Virus record (IMG/VR): IMGVR_UViG_3300020047_005985
Location: 32,001-96,000 of that record
Reading direction: 5' to 3' (one strand)
DNA: 64,000 nucleotides
DNA from: a virus
Lineage: Duplodnaviria; Caudoviricetes
In this document: piece by piece, positions 8,607-17,546 of the stretch
Numbering within the stretch: position 1 is the stretch's first letter
How the letters are laid out: every line of letters begins with the position of its first letter
The notes under the pieces: model-generated
What the model saw: only the letters and a program-made list of their open reading frames with translations
Told to the model about the DNA's origin: nothing
The model's database searches: none
Position numbers and translations under genes: made by a program

Positions 8607-8981
8607 TTAGGCTACTTCTTCAACACCAACACCTTGTAAAGCAAGGGCCTCGGCGAAATTGAAATCAAAATCACTTGCTGTTGCACGAACTGCGGATGTC
8701 AAAGGACTAATTGAAATAATTGGTTCTGTTGGGCGTGCCTCCGTAATTGTCACATTGCAAAGATATTCATTTCCTACTGAAATTCCTTTTTCAAGGTTTT
8801 TCATGTAGCAAATAGCAGAACGTTCAACTATTTCACCTTTATTATTGGTGAATTTCACAGCACCAACAACATACTCCTTACCGTTAACGTTTGTTTGTAC
8901 AGCTTCTCCAAGAGAAGTTACTGTAGCTTTGAATTGACCTTCAAATTGATTGAGTTCTGAATTGAATGTTAGATTGAACAT
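8607..8981 (-). CDS. hypothetical protein, possibly OB-fold ssDNA-binding
   Basis: Beta-rich 124 aa with acidic C-terminus. Confidence 0.65.
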   Translation of the reverse strand: MFNLTFNSELNQFEGQFKATVTSLGEAVQTNVNGKEYVVGAVKFTNNKGEIVERSAICYMKNLEKGISVGNEYLCNVTITEARPTEPIISISPLTSAVRATASDFDFNFAEALALQGVGVEEVA

Positions 8982-9012
8982 TTTAATTGAATTTATTAGT
9001 GAATTTATTAAT

Positions 9013-9351
9013 TTATAGTGTTTTTATGAACTGAGAATATTCTTCCAATTCTTTTATTTTTGTTTCTCGAATCTTTGGTTCATTAAAAGTTTTTAAGTGT
9101 CCTAATGCACATTTCATATCTTGATTTTGAAGCATACAAATTCTACTTACTAACCATCTTTGATTTCTAACTTTTCTTAATTCTTCTACAAACTTACGAC
9201 TACTTTTAGGTAGTTTTTCATTTTGTAAAAGATGAACCAACATTTGAAACTTTTCTTCCTCAAGTCTATGTTGATTTTCCCAATACTCTTTATGAGTATA
9301 AAATTCTTTTAATCCTTCAAAGATTTTAATAATTTCTTCTGTTGTTTGCAT
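9013..9351 (-). CDS. hypothetical protein
   Basis: 112-aa helical ORF. Confidence 0.7.
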   Translation of the reverse strand: MQTTEEIIKIFEGLKEFYTHKEYWENQHRLEEEKFQMLVHLLQNEKLPKSSRKFVEELRKVRNQRWLVSRICMLQNQDMKCALGHLKTFNEPKIRETKIKELEEYSQFIKTL

Positions 9352-10046
9352 TTTTTTTTCTTTCTTCCGTGATAATTTTCTCCTTTAAAACTATTTTCAT
9401 CAAATCCAGCTTGATCTCTTTTTAAGATATCTAATGCTTTTTGTTCTAATAGTTTTTCTTTTTGTTTTAATAACGCATTATTAAAAATATCCAGAGATTT
9501 TTGTTTCTGTAGTTTTTTATTAATACGATTATTTTGTTTAGATTCAGCTTGCTGTTTCCAAACAAGTTTTTTGTATAAAGGATCTTTTCTAGATTTAAAT
9601 TCTAAAACAGATCCATCATAAGATCTTTCATATTCATTTTCATTCCAAGGACGAATGTATGTAACCCATTTAAATTGTTTATGAATCCACTTTACCTTAT
9701 AATCTTTAGAATAAACTTTATACGACGATTTTATATTATATTGTCTTTTAGGTTTACAAATATTACCTTGACTATCAATAGAATAACTAAAGACGTAAAA
9801 ACTTGAATTATTATCAAATTCGTCTAAAAATAAATATTGCTGATATTTTGGAACTTGTTTACAATAATAACGAAAGGCCATATCAAATGATTTTCCAATA
9901 TTATTATATATAATACGTCGAATTCTTTTCCAAGTATTTATTCCTCCTACAGGATGACAATCACCGTAACTGTATGCATACCAAACGTCAGATCTACGCA
10001 TGGGTTCCTTAAAAGGAAGCTGTTCCAAATAATTAAAATTTATCAT
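9309..10046 (-). CDS. hypothetical basic protein
   Basis: 245-aa ORF. Confidence 0.75.
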   Translation of the reverse strand: MINFNYLEQLPFKEPMRRSDVWYAYSYGDCHPVGGINTWKRIRRIIYNNIGKSFDMAFRYYCKQVPKYQQYLFLDEFDNNSSFYVFSYSIDSQGNICKPKRQYNIKSSYKVYSKDYKVKWIHKQFKWVTYIRPWNENEYERSYDGSVLEFKSRKDPLYKKLVWKQQAESKQNNRINKKLQKQKSLDIFNNALLKQKEKLLEQKALDILKRDQAGFDENSFKGENYHGRKKKKCKQQKKLLKSLKD

Positions 10047-10063
10047 AATAATTTAAATTTGAG

Positions 10064-10150
10064 CGGAGAACTAGAGAATCGAACTCTAACCGTGATTAAG
10101 CTGACTAACTTAGTAGATCAAAGTAACAAATCAATATTTACCTGCTCTCC
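10064..10150 (-). pseudogene. degenerate tRNA-Ser (anticodon ACU)
   Basis: Acceptor GGAGAGC/GTTCTCC with G73, good T arm; D arm and anticodon stem decayed; loop CT ACT AA. Confidence 0.65.
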
Positions 10151-10205
10151 AAAACTAGACTCTACCAACCTCCAAATTAATTTTGATAATATAAATCATG
10201 TTAGT

Positions 10206-10415
10206 TTAAGTTTTTAATATATCGTTATCATACATTGAAACGATAGTCTGTATCACCGTATCTAATGAATCTTTAATTATAACTGAATCAATTAAAGAAA
10301 ACCGAATAGCATACTTACCAGAACAAGTCACTATAAACCCAACAGGAACATTTCTTTCTAGACATGTTTCGGAAAAATGTTGTAACGCAATGGAAAGTTT
10401 ACCAATTGTATTCAT
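10206..10415 (-). CDS. hypothetical protein
   Basis: 69-aa ORF between tRNA genes. Confidence 0.6.
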   Translation of the reverse strand: MNTIGKLSIALQHFSETCLERNVPVGFIVTCSGKYAIRFSLIDSVIIKDSLDTVIQTIVSMYDNDILKT

Positions 10416-10446
10416 TATTTCTTAATTAAAAAAATCTTATAAAATT

Positions 10447-10535
10447 TGGCGGAAGGCAAGGGAGTCCAACCCTTACAACGTTTTACCGTCCTAGCACTTT
10501 TCAAGAGTGTGTACCTCAGTCAACTGGGGCCTTCC
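10447..10535 (-). tRNA. trnS: tRNA-Ser(UGA), atypical D and T loops
   Basis: GGAAGGC/GCCTTCC G CCA, loop CT TGA AA, long variable arm, T loop TTGGACT. Confidence 0.8.
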
Positions 10536-10760
10536 TATATTTAAAAATTAATCCTGTCCAGTTTCAGTCTGGAATAGAATTAATATAGTTTGATCTTACT
10601 TCAATAGCTTCTTGTTCAGTATTATATCTACCTAAAGATTTGCGCTGCATGATTTATATATTCGTTTCATTCCCTCGCAATAAAATATAAGTTGTTTCTC
10701 TAATTAGAAAGTACAACTTATAAAACTTTACTTATCCCTCGATATCACTGTCAGGATAAA

Positions 10761-11051
10761 TTATACTTCTACTGGAAATAGCTGTCTAAAATACATAGAC
10801 GCTACTTCTAGGCCAGATTCAAATCCTGCCAATTTATTTTTGGCATCTATAATACCTTGTAAATCAGCATTACGAATAGCCTGAGCCAATTCTTGTTGCG
10901 CTTTAGCAATACTTGCTTTTGTAGTAGCAATGCTAATTTCCCACTCTGATTTCTTGGTTTGAACTTTTAATAGCCGCTCCTCGAACAGGAGATCCTCTAT
11001 CGAGGCTGATAGTGAATCCAAATATGATTGGACTGCTTGTGCTTTCGCCAT
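10761..11051 (-). CDS. coiled-coil hypothetical protein
   Basis: 96 aa, Ala-rich heptads. Confidence 0.75.
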   Translation of the reverse strand: MAKAQAVQSYLDSLSASIEDLLFEERLLKVQTKKSEWEISIATTKASIAKAQQELAQAIRNADLQGIIDAKNKLAGFESGLEVASMYFRQLFPVEV

Positions 11052-11778
11052 TATTTATTATATTTAAATTGTTAGAATTTGTTTCTTCAGGAGATACTTT
11101 TTTAAGCATATTTCTAGTCCAGTTTACACAATATTCATTATTATTGAAATGTACCATCTTCGATCCATGATTAAACTCATTTTTTGAACAAGACCTTACA
11201 TTAGTAATTTTAAATTTTAATCCTATGTAAGCTATTCCATCAAAGAATCCAGCATCATCATTTTTGGCTATTACCTCAACAGTATCTCCTATCCAAATAT
11301 CATCTGAATCATTTTTTGATATAGATTGTTCTTTTAAATGACTTATATTTTTAACTCCAGCAAAAAAGTGTCCAAAAGAGTAATCTTTTCTTTTACCATG
11401 TGTGAGATCGTTTGTACTTGCTCCGTGTCCTTCAGTAAATAATTCTGAAAAAATTAAAACAGAATTATCATGAATATTAAACCCAATAATTTCAAAAATT
11501 AAATGAGGGAACCTAACATGATTTACTTTATCTCCAATTTTAAATCCACATATTTCTTCTTGAGGATACTTTTCAAAGAATATATCAAATTGTTTTTTAG
11601 TAAGAACTTTTTCCCAAAAAAGATCTCCCTCTATTGTTTGCCACCAATTAAAGCCATCTTTATATTTATCTGAATATATATCATAATCGAAAACATTAGG
11701 AGAATATTTTCTTCCTTGCTCTTCAACTCTTTCTTTTACTTTATTTTGTATTTCTATTGGGAAGTCTGAAAATTTCAT
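10933..11778 (-). CDS. hypothetical protein with SH3/KOW-like repeats
   Basis: FKIGDKV and WIGDTV.V motifs. Confidence 0.8.
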   Translation of the reverse strand: MKFSDFPIEIQNKVKERVEEQGRKYSPNVFDYDIYSDKYKDGFNWWQTIEGDLFWEKVLTKKQFDIFFEKYPQEEICGFKIGDKVNHVRFPHLIFEIIGFNIHDNSVLIFSELFTEGHGASTNDLTHGKRKDYSFGHFFAGVKNISHLKEQSISKNDSDDIWIGDTVEVIAKNDDAGFFDGIAYIGLKFKITNVRSCSKNEFNHGSKMVHFNNNEYCVNWTRNMLKKVSPEETNSNNLNIINNGESTSSPIIFGFTISLDRGSPVRGAAIKSSNQEIRVGN

Positions 11779-11876
11779 AATATTTTATTTTTAAATCTGA
11801 TAAACAATAGGGACACGGATAACCGTTAATCCATCCTGTATTATTACATGGTTTACACATATTACTTTGATTTTTG

Positions 11877-11948
11877 TGACCCCAAGAGGGATCGAACCTC
11901 TATCTAGGGATTAGAAATCCCTTGCTCTATCCATTGAGCTATAAGGCC
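11877..11948 (-). tRNA. trnR: tRNA-Arg(UCU)
   Basis: AGGGA TT TCT AA TCCCT cloverleaf. Confidence 0.92.
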
Positions 11949-11956
11949 TTGTATTG

Positions 11957-12028
11957 TAGCGAGTGAGAGAATCGAACTCTCATGAATAGGTCGAAAACCT
12001 ACTATCCTAACCATTAGATGAACCCGCC
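11957..12028 (-). tRNA. trnE: tRNA-Glu(UUC)
   Basis: GTAGG TT TTC GA CCTAT cloverleaf. Confidence 0.9.
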
Positions 12029-12107
12029 AAAAATAGCTATCTAAAACTCAATTACTTGAGAAACTTCGCTATTTTAGTTTTTTACTACGCGTTTATGTAG
12101 TTTTAAT

Positions 12108-12231
12108 TTAGTTAGACAGGATTCGATACCTGCACACAACTACTTCACTTCTGATACCATAACAGGACTTATCGTTGGGCATTTTCATTGCTATCATCCT
12201 CTGGTTAGCGTCTATCTTCCGCCACTAACTA
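12108..12231 (-). ncRNA. tRNA-like RNA with ~70-nt insert replacing the anticodon arm
   Basis: Acceptor TAGTTAG/CTAACTA, Leu-type D arm TGGCGGAA..TAGACGC, T arm GCAGG TATCGAAT CCTGT. Confidence 0.75.
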
Positions 12232-12239
12232 ATTTAAAG

Positions 12240-12614
12240 TTACTTCAACATTGCTTTTAACTCATCTGCTGACATTGCTTCCAATTCAGCATCTTGTTTT
12301 CGAGCAATTAAATCCATAATTTTTTGATTGTGGATTTTATTTGCAGCAGCAGCTTGAGTTTCTTCTTGTTCTTTGATACGAGTATCAAGAATAGATGTTA
12401 CAATGGCAAGCCGCAATTCGTTTGCTTCTTGTTCTTTGGTCTTACGACCAGCCTTACGACGAGTAGATTTACCATAACCTTCTATGGTTTCAGTTAATTG
12501 CTCTTCATGAGTAACTAACATATCGAGATTAATATCCCACAATTGTTCGCAGGAAATAACCCCTCCTAAATGAAAACGGAGTTTAAGCCGTGAGGCTAAT
12601 TCAAATATATTCAT
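12240..12614 (-). CDS. conserved phage protein (MNIFE.A.R.KLRF type), coiled-coil
   Basis: 124 aa, coupled to the upstream 721-aa gene. Confidence 0.85.
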   Translation of the reverse strand: MNIFELASRLKLRFHLGGVISCEQLWDINLDMLVTHEEQLTETIEGYGKSTRRKAGRKTKEQEANELRLAIVTSILDTRIKEQEETQAAAANKIHNQKIMDLIARKQDAELEAMSADELKAMLK

Positions 12615-12615
12615 T

Positions 12616-14781
12616 TTAAAATTTTATTTTAATTGTTCGTTTATGACTACCTGATAACTTCAATATTAACTCCTCGGAAATAGTCGAATTAAAACCCAAT
12701 CCACACAACTGTTTAGTTGCTGGTTCAAGTTTTGTAGTTTCACCTAATACTTCCATTACTTTACGATGTTCTAATAAATCAGAATTTAAGAACTCCGTAT
12801 GAAATGAACGTAAAGCAATATCAGATTTACAATTATCAAGCATAAACATGTAATGTTTGTTGCCTGTATTATTATCACCCCAAAAGTTAGGAGATAAGCA
12901 AACCAAGTTGACTTTATGGAATTGATTGGTATCAAGATTCCAAATCTTCGTAGAAGCAGATTGTGATTCTAAAATCTGACAATTATTTAAATCAGGAATA
13001 AATTCTACTTGTCCATTTTTACACAACAGTTTTCCCAATTCAACTGTTCCTTTATGACTAGCCTTAACAAATAAAGATGTGATTTCCCCAAGTATTTCAA
13101 CTTCAGCCGTAAAATCTGTTCGAACAGTCGGTCCACTATAATTATGAACAAACAATCTGTATTCACCATTTGGCATAACAGAAAGATTTGAATATGTCAA
13201 ATTTTCTACACGTTTTTCAGGTGGAAAATGACCATCACATCCTTGAGCATCCAAATCCAACATTCCTGATGATGGTTGCATACTACGTCTATTACTATAG
13301 TAAATTTCATTACCATTAGGCTCTTTACAATGTAAGTCGTAATCAGATGTTGTTTTTGGAAAGTGAATACTTACTCGAATAGGAGCTTCAATTTTACCAC
13401 CTCGATCTTTAACAGCATCTTTAATCATACTTTTACCTGCAAGATTACCATTATAAGTCCAACCAAAATTGTTAGACCATTTAAATGCTTTCTTACTGTC
13501 AGGATTATTTGCCGTATGCAATGCTACTAAGTTACCACTAAATCTATTTTCAAGAAAAGCTTCAATTGAAGCGCATGTTGGAAGAATATCCTTCATAAAC
13601 TTTTCAATAGAAACTTCTTCAATACCATCAAATTGACTACGTTTATGTTGAGTAGATGTAGATGGTGCAACTTTATCAAATACAGATGCTTGTTTAATAG
13701 TATCTGTGCCTACATTTTGGTGAAGAATTTCTGAGATGTTAATATCATCTAATGTAGAGAACCTACGATCAAATGATTCTTCGTATCCATTTTCTTCAAC
13801 AAACTTTTTAGCTTCCGCAATTTGTTTTTGACTAATAGGAGCAGTAGCTTTCATGTAATTAGCAGGATCAACTCGCTTATTCCATGTAAGTACAGCCTTA
13901 TTCAAATCTTCCCCCTGTGTTAATTCTACACAAAGAGTTCCAATTAATTCATTTCTAAATTTAGCAAATGGTAGATTGTTGGATTTAATCCAACACCAAT
14001 TATCCTTCTCTTTAGTTGGTACATCTTTGTATTCAGTTGCAAACTCAATAAACTTTTTAAGCTTATCTAAGTATGAATCACCATTCAACAAACTACCTTG
14101 TTGAATCAAATCACGCACTAACACTAATGTATCCAATGAAATTTCATCAAGACCTCTTTTGAATACATTTTTAGCATCACGATGATTACCTTGAATAGAT
14201 TCAACTGAGTTACTAGAAAAATCTACAAACTTTTTAGGAAGTATAGCATTAAAATGATAAAATGTATATACTTGACCTGGAGTAACTACACCAAATTTGT
14301 CAGCTTCTTCCTGAGTATAAATTTTGTTGCTTTTTTCAAAGCCTAATTTATATTCAGCTTGAGTTTTATTTGTAGATTCATAATTTAATAGTCTATTGAG
14401 AGTATCGTATGATTCTACAAATACATTTTCAATTGGATTATTCTTTAAAAGAAATGCTACATTGTTTGCAGGGCGAGAGTAAATATTATCAGACAGATCT
14501 ACTGTATCAAACATTGTTACAATCTCACCATTGACTAAAGCTACAATGTTACCATAACGATGAATAAAATTCTTGTCATGATTACATGTATGTTCAGTAG
14601 AATTTGGATCTCTGAATACAGGATCAGCTTCTTTAGTGAAACTTGAGATATACTTATCCCAAACTTCATGTCCAGAAATTTTAGATCTGAATAAAACAGG
14701 TTGTTCACACATAAATGCAAACTGCTGTTTAATTGCTTTGTTAAACTCTTGAAATTTCATATTTCGTTGACAGTACTGCAC
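12616..14781 (-). CDS. large conserved phage protein with YfaP/DUF2135-like domain
   Basis: DYDLH..EPNG..IYY...G.LD.D...VEN.......G.Y...VHNY motif; likely start MKFQ at 14760. Confidence 0.85.
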   Translation of the reverse strand: MQYCQRNMKFQEFNKAIKQQFAFMCEQPVLFRSKISGHEVWDKYISSFTKEADPVFRDPNSTEHTCNHDKNFIHRYGNIVALVNGEIVTMFDTVDLSDNIYSRPANNVAFLLKNNPIENVFVESYDTLNRLLNYESTNKTQAEYKLGFEKSNKIYTQEEADKFGVVTPGQVYTFYHFNAILPKKFVDFSSNSVESIQGNHRDAKNVFKRGLDEISLDTLVLVRDLIQQGSLLNGDSYLDKLKKFIEFATEYKDVPTKEKDNWCWIKSNNLPFAKFRNELIGTLCVELTQGEDLNKAVLTWNKRVDPANYMKATAPISQKQIAEAKKFVEENGYEESFDRRFSTLDDINISEILHQNVGTDTIKQASVFDKVAPSTSTQHKRSQFDGIEEVSIEKFMKDILPTCASIEAFLENRFSGNLVALHTANNPDSKKAFKWSNNFGWTYNGNLAGKSMIKDAVKDRGGKIEAPIRVSIHFPKTTSDYDLHCKEPNGNEIYYSNRRSMQPSSGMLDLDAQGCDGHFPPEKRVENLTYSNLSVMPNGEYRLFVHNYSGPTVRTDFTAEVEILGEITSLFVKASHKGTVELGKLLCKNGQVEFIPDLNNCQILESQSASTKIWNLDTNQFHKVNLVCLSPNFWGDNNTGNKHYMFMLDNCKSDIALRSFHTEFLNSDLLEHRKVMEVLGETTKLEPATKQLCGLGFNSTISEELILKLSGSHKRTIKIKF

Positions 14782-14852
14782 ACCTTACTGGTTTAGGTTT
14801 AATAATTCTCTATGTGCAACTTGAGAATTTTACTATTGGTATTTTAAAATAG

Positions 14853-14925
14853 TCAGGATGGATTGACTCGAACAACCGACCTCTTGCGTCCAATGCAAGC
14901 TATCTACCAACTGATATACATCCTG
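14853..14925 (-). tRNA. trnP: tRNA-Pro(UGG)
   Basis: CTTGC AT TGG AC GCAAG; C1-G72, A73. Confidence 0.9.
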
Positions 14926-15056
14926 GAATTATGGGTATTCCAACCCACGCATTTAACTTGTTTTACATCAAAGATCTTTTGCCTGTAAAGCCTTTAGGAG
15001 CTTTCTGGTGCTAAATGTAAAACCTCGTTGCTTATTTTTTAAAATCTTAAAATTAG

Positions 15057-15207
15057 TAAGGGCAACTGGACTTGAACCAATAACCTCTGTCTAGTTCGGC
15101 AACTCCGGCAGGACTCTAACCTGCAACCTTCAGACCTGAGCCTGACGCTCTAACAATTGAGCTACGGAGTCAATGACAGCGCTCTATCCAAATTGAGCTA
15201 TACCCTT
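15057..15207 (-). ncRNA. outer tRNA whose anticodon loop contains a second tRNA
   Basis: Acceptor AAGGGTA/TGCCCTT, D stem GCTC/GAGC, anticodon stem CTGTC/GACAG, T arm ATTGG TTCAAGT CCAGT. Confidence 0.85.
15100..15171 (-). ncRNA. inner nested tRNA-like element with 6-nt anticodon loop
   Basis: GACTCCG/CGGAGTT, GCTC/GAGC, TCAGG CTCAGG TCTGA, GCAGG TTAGAGT CCTGC. Confidence 0.85.
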
Positions 15208-15298
15208 GTTTTCTTAATTAACTCCAGAGGATTTCTCCTATCTTGCACCACACATAAAAGTGTACTCGTTACTACTGGATATCTTTAATTAAGATTTG

Positions 15299-15370
15299 TT
15301 GACCCACTAGGATTCGAACCTAGAACCTTCGGCTTAAAAGGCCGATGCTCTACCATTGAGCTATAGGTCA
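15299..15370 (-). tRNA. trnK: tRNA-Lys(UUU)
   Basis: TCGGC CT TTT AA GCCGA cloverleaf. Confidence 0.93.
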
Positions 15371-15608
15371 TTTTAGAATACCACTTAGGAAATCACCCTT
15401 TAGAAAAGACTTAGTGGCACGCCTTTAATTCCTTTACGTAGAATCAACGATTGTTTATTGGAAAAACAATAAAAATCCTCCAGCTTCACATGGCTGGCAC
15501 ACGCGATATTTATTTAACCGTTAAATATCTAAATCCGTTTATCTAGAATAAACTTAAGGAGTTAATCCGTTTAACTATACGACTATTTAACTCATAGTTG
15601 AGGATTTG

Positions 15609-15681
15609 TGGTGAGAGTTGGACTTGAACCAACGACTTTCGGCTTTTCAAACCGATACTCTACCAACTGAGTTACCTCACC
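15609..15681 (-). tRNA. trnF: tRNA-Phe(GAA)
   Basis: TCGGT TT GAA AA GCCGA cloverleaf. Confidence 0.92.
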
Positions 15682-15964
15682 AAAAAATTTGAGAATTATG
15701 CGATCTTCGTATTGACTAAGACTATACACTAGATTTCCATTCTCTTTTCAATGTAAATTTGACTGGGATTACATATTCTCAAGGATTGCCTTTGCTTGAC
15801 CCATTACTCGCGAGATTATAAATCTCCAGTAACATCTTAATAGTGATATTGCATCAGATATTAAGCTAACTTAATTTTATTTACACAAATTACCTGTCAC
15901 TGTAAAATAAAACAGGATTATTGCAATAGCGGTAAAAGAAATCACCAATAACCAAGCAATAACT

Positions 15965-16276
15965 TTAGAAATTATTTCTTGTGTTTTTTCTGAAAATCGG
16001 TATTACTACTTTTGGTAATTTTGGTAATTTTAAATATTTATTAATGATTATATGTATAATCATTATAACACAACTTACACCAGTCGCAGCAAGTAAAACT
16101 TTACAATTGGATACTATTGATTCTAACAATTTATCAATCGTAAACACCTCGCAACTTGAACTTCCAAGCAAATGATTAATGTATGTTGTGATAATTACAA
16201 TCAAAGATACCATTAAGCAATATATTGCTGCGATAATTAAACTTACTTTTAAAATTATTTTTATATCTTCTTTCAT
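15965..16276 (-). CDS. membrane protein
   Basis: Two hydrophobic segments. Confidence 0.65.
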   Translation of the reverse strand: MKEDIKIILKVSLIIAAIYCLMVSLIVIITTYINHLLGSSSCEVFTIDKLLESIVSNCKVLLAATGVSCVIMIIHIIINKYLKLPKLPKVVIPIFRKNTRNNF

Positions 16277-16282
16277 AATTAT

Positions 16283-16516
16283 TTAATCTGAAATATCGGA
16301 CTTACTGAAAGCGTCTTTTTCAACAAAATCAATTTTAGTATTCTTTCCTACGTTAAACGTAGAAGAGTTTTGGGTTTTACTTGCTGATTCAGGTGCTTTA
16401 CCTGTAATTTTTTTTACAATTTGTGACTGTTCAGGAATTTTGTTTTTTGTAGTTTGACCCACTATCTCCGTTTCTTCTCCTTCTTTTGTTTGAAAAATGG
16501 TATAAATCTTTGTCAT
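16283..16516 (-). CDS. hypothetical protein
   Basis: 77-aa ORF. Confidence 0.65.
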   Translation of the reverse strand: MTKIYTIFQTKEGEETEIVGQTTKNKIPEQSQIVKKITGKAPESASKTQNSSTFNVGKNTKIDFVEKDAFSKSDISD

Positions 16517-16769
16517 GTTTTTTATAATTTGATTTTAGCACCCTTTCATAGTCACTCTCTGATACAATCAAAGCACTTTGAATTAGGGTCACGATATTTA
16601 AGCCTCTTTGTTTACATAAACTGATTTAAGCCGATTAGCATCCGGCTGCTTAATATCTTGCTGAGAACTCCCCATAGTATATAGTAACATATCTCATACA
16701 GTTACATCTATGTTGTATATTACTATACAATTTCTATCAGGGTTTAGATTTGTTTCCAATTGGTTTTAT

Positions 16770-17027
16770 TTAATGACACTGTTGTGTACCTGCATAATGG
16801 TGGCGATGACCGCTTGGAGCAGTAAAAGTACCATTATGGTTTATGGTTACAGTGCCTGTTTGGGACTTAAAATTGTTATACATTGAGGTACGACGTAAAG
16901 CACGTCGTTGGCGACGAGACAATGTCATGGAATATCCATACTTATCTCGTTTTGATGCTCGTTCTTTCTTTCTAAGTTGACGTTTTGAAATTTCCAGGTT
17001 TGAACAATTCTGCTGCATGGGCCTCAA
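16770..17027 (-). CDS. Arg-rich hypothetical protein, start uncertain
   Basis: 85-aa ORF with SRRQRR motif. Confidence 0.45.
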   Translation of the reverse strand: MRPMQQNCSNLEISKRQLRKKERASKRDKYGYSMTLSRRQRRALRRTSMYNNFKSQTGTVTINHNGTFTAPSGHRHHYAGTQQCH

Positions 17028-17071
17028 ACCCTTTTTGTAAATCTTCTTTTTGAATTTCGATTGTCAGCATT

Positions 17072-17542
17072 TCAGAATTTTTTAAACATTTTTTCTCCAT
17101 TCTGGAGAGAAATCAAACAAGTTACTCCTCGCAGAGTACCAAATGAGCTATACGCCCAATCGGCAATACTGCACCAGATCTCTTCTTCCACTGTAAGAAC
17201 AGGTGGAATAAATCGCTTTTGTCCTTTGATGATTTTGTACTCACCTTTCTTACCAGTTATTTCTGTAACTGAAGAATTTGAGTGTGAACCAAACATCGAA
17301 GGATTGATCTTTTTCAACAAAGTTGACCTGTTGATAATAGTTTGATTGTTGGATTGATTCCGAGCAGCTTTATCATACTGCTTTTCAGAAACTTTGATTC
17401 CCATTCGTAGATCAAATCCATTAGCAAGTGCTGAAAATGGAGTTTGATTAGCATTTTCACCTACACTTAGTAGGCTATCCCCTCCTGTTCTAGTAATGGT
17501 TGCAATCCCATTAAGGTCAGAGATTTGTAGTTTAGTAAACAT
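17072..17542 (-). CDS. hypothetical protein
   Basis: 156-aa ORF. Confidence 0.7.
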   Translation of the reverse strand: MFTKLQISDLNGIATITRTGGDSLLSVGENANQTPFSALANGFDLRMGIKVSEKQYDKAARNQSNNQTIINRSTLLKKINPSMFGSHSNSSVTEITGKKGEYKIIKGQKRFIPPVLTVEEEIWCSIADWAYSSFGTLRGVTCLISLQNGEKMFKKF

Positions 17543-17546
17543 ATAT

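Noticed and set aside
16540-16660. Twister ribozyme-like sequence (TTAAGCAGCCGG...GAGG)
   Set aside because: The conserved L4 loop and pseudoknots could not be fitted; kept only as a generic hairpin cluster.
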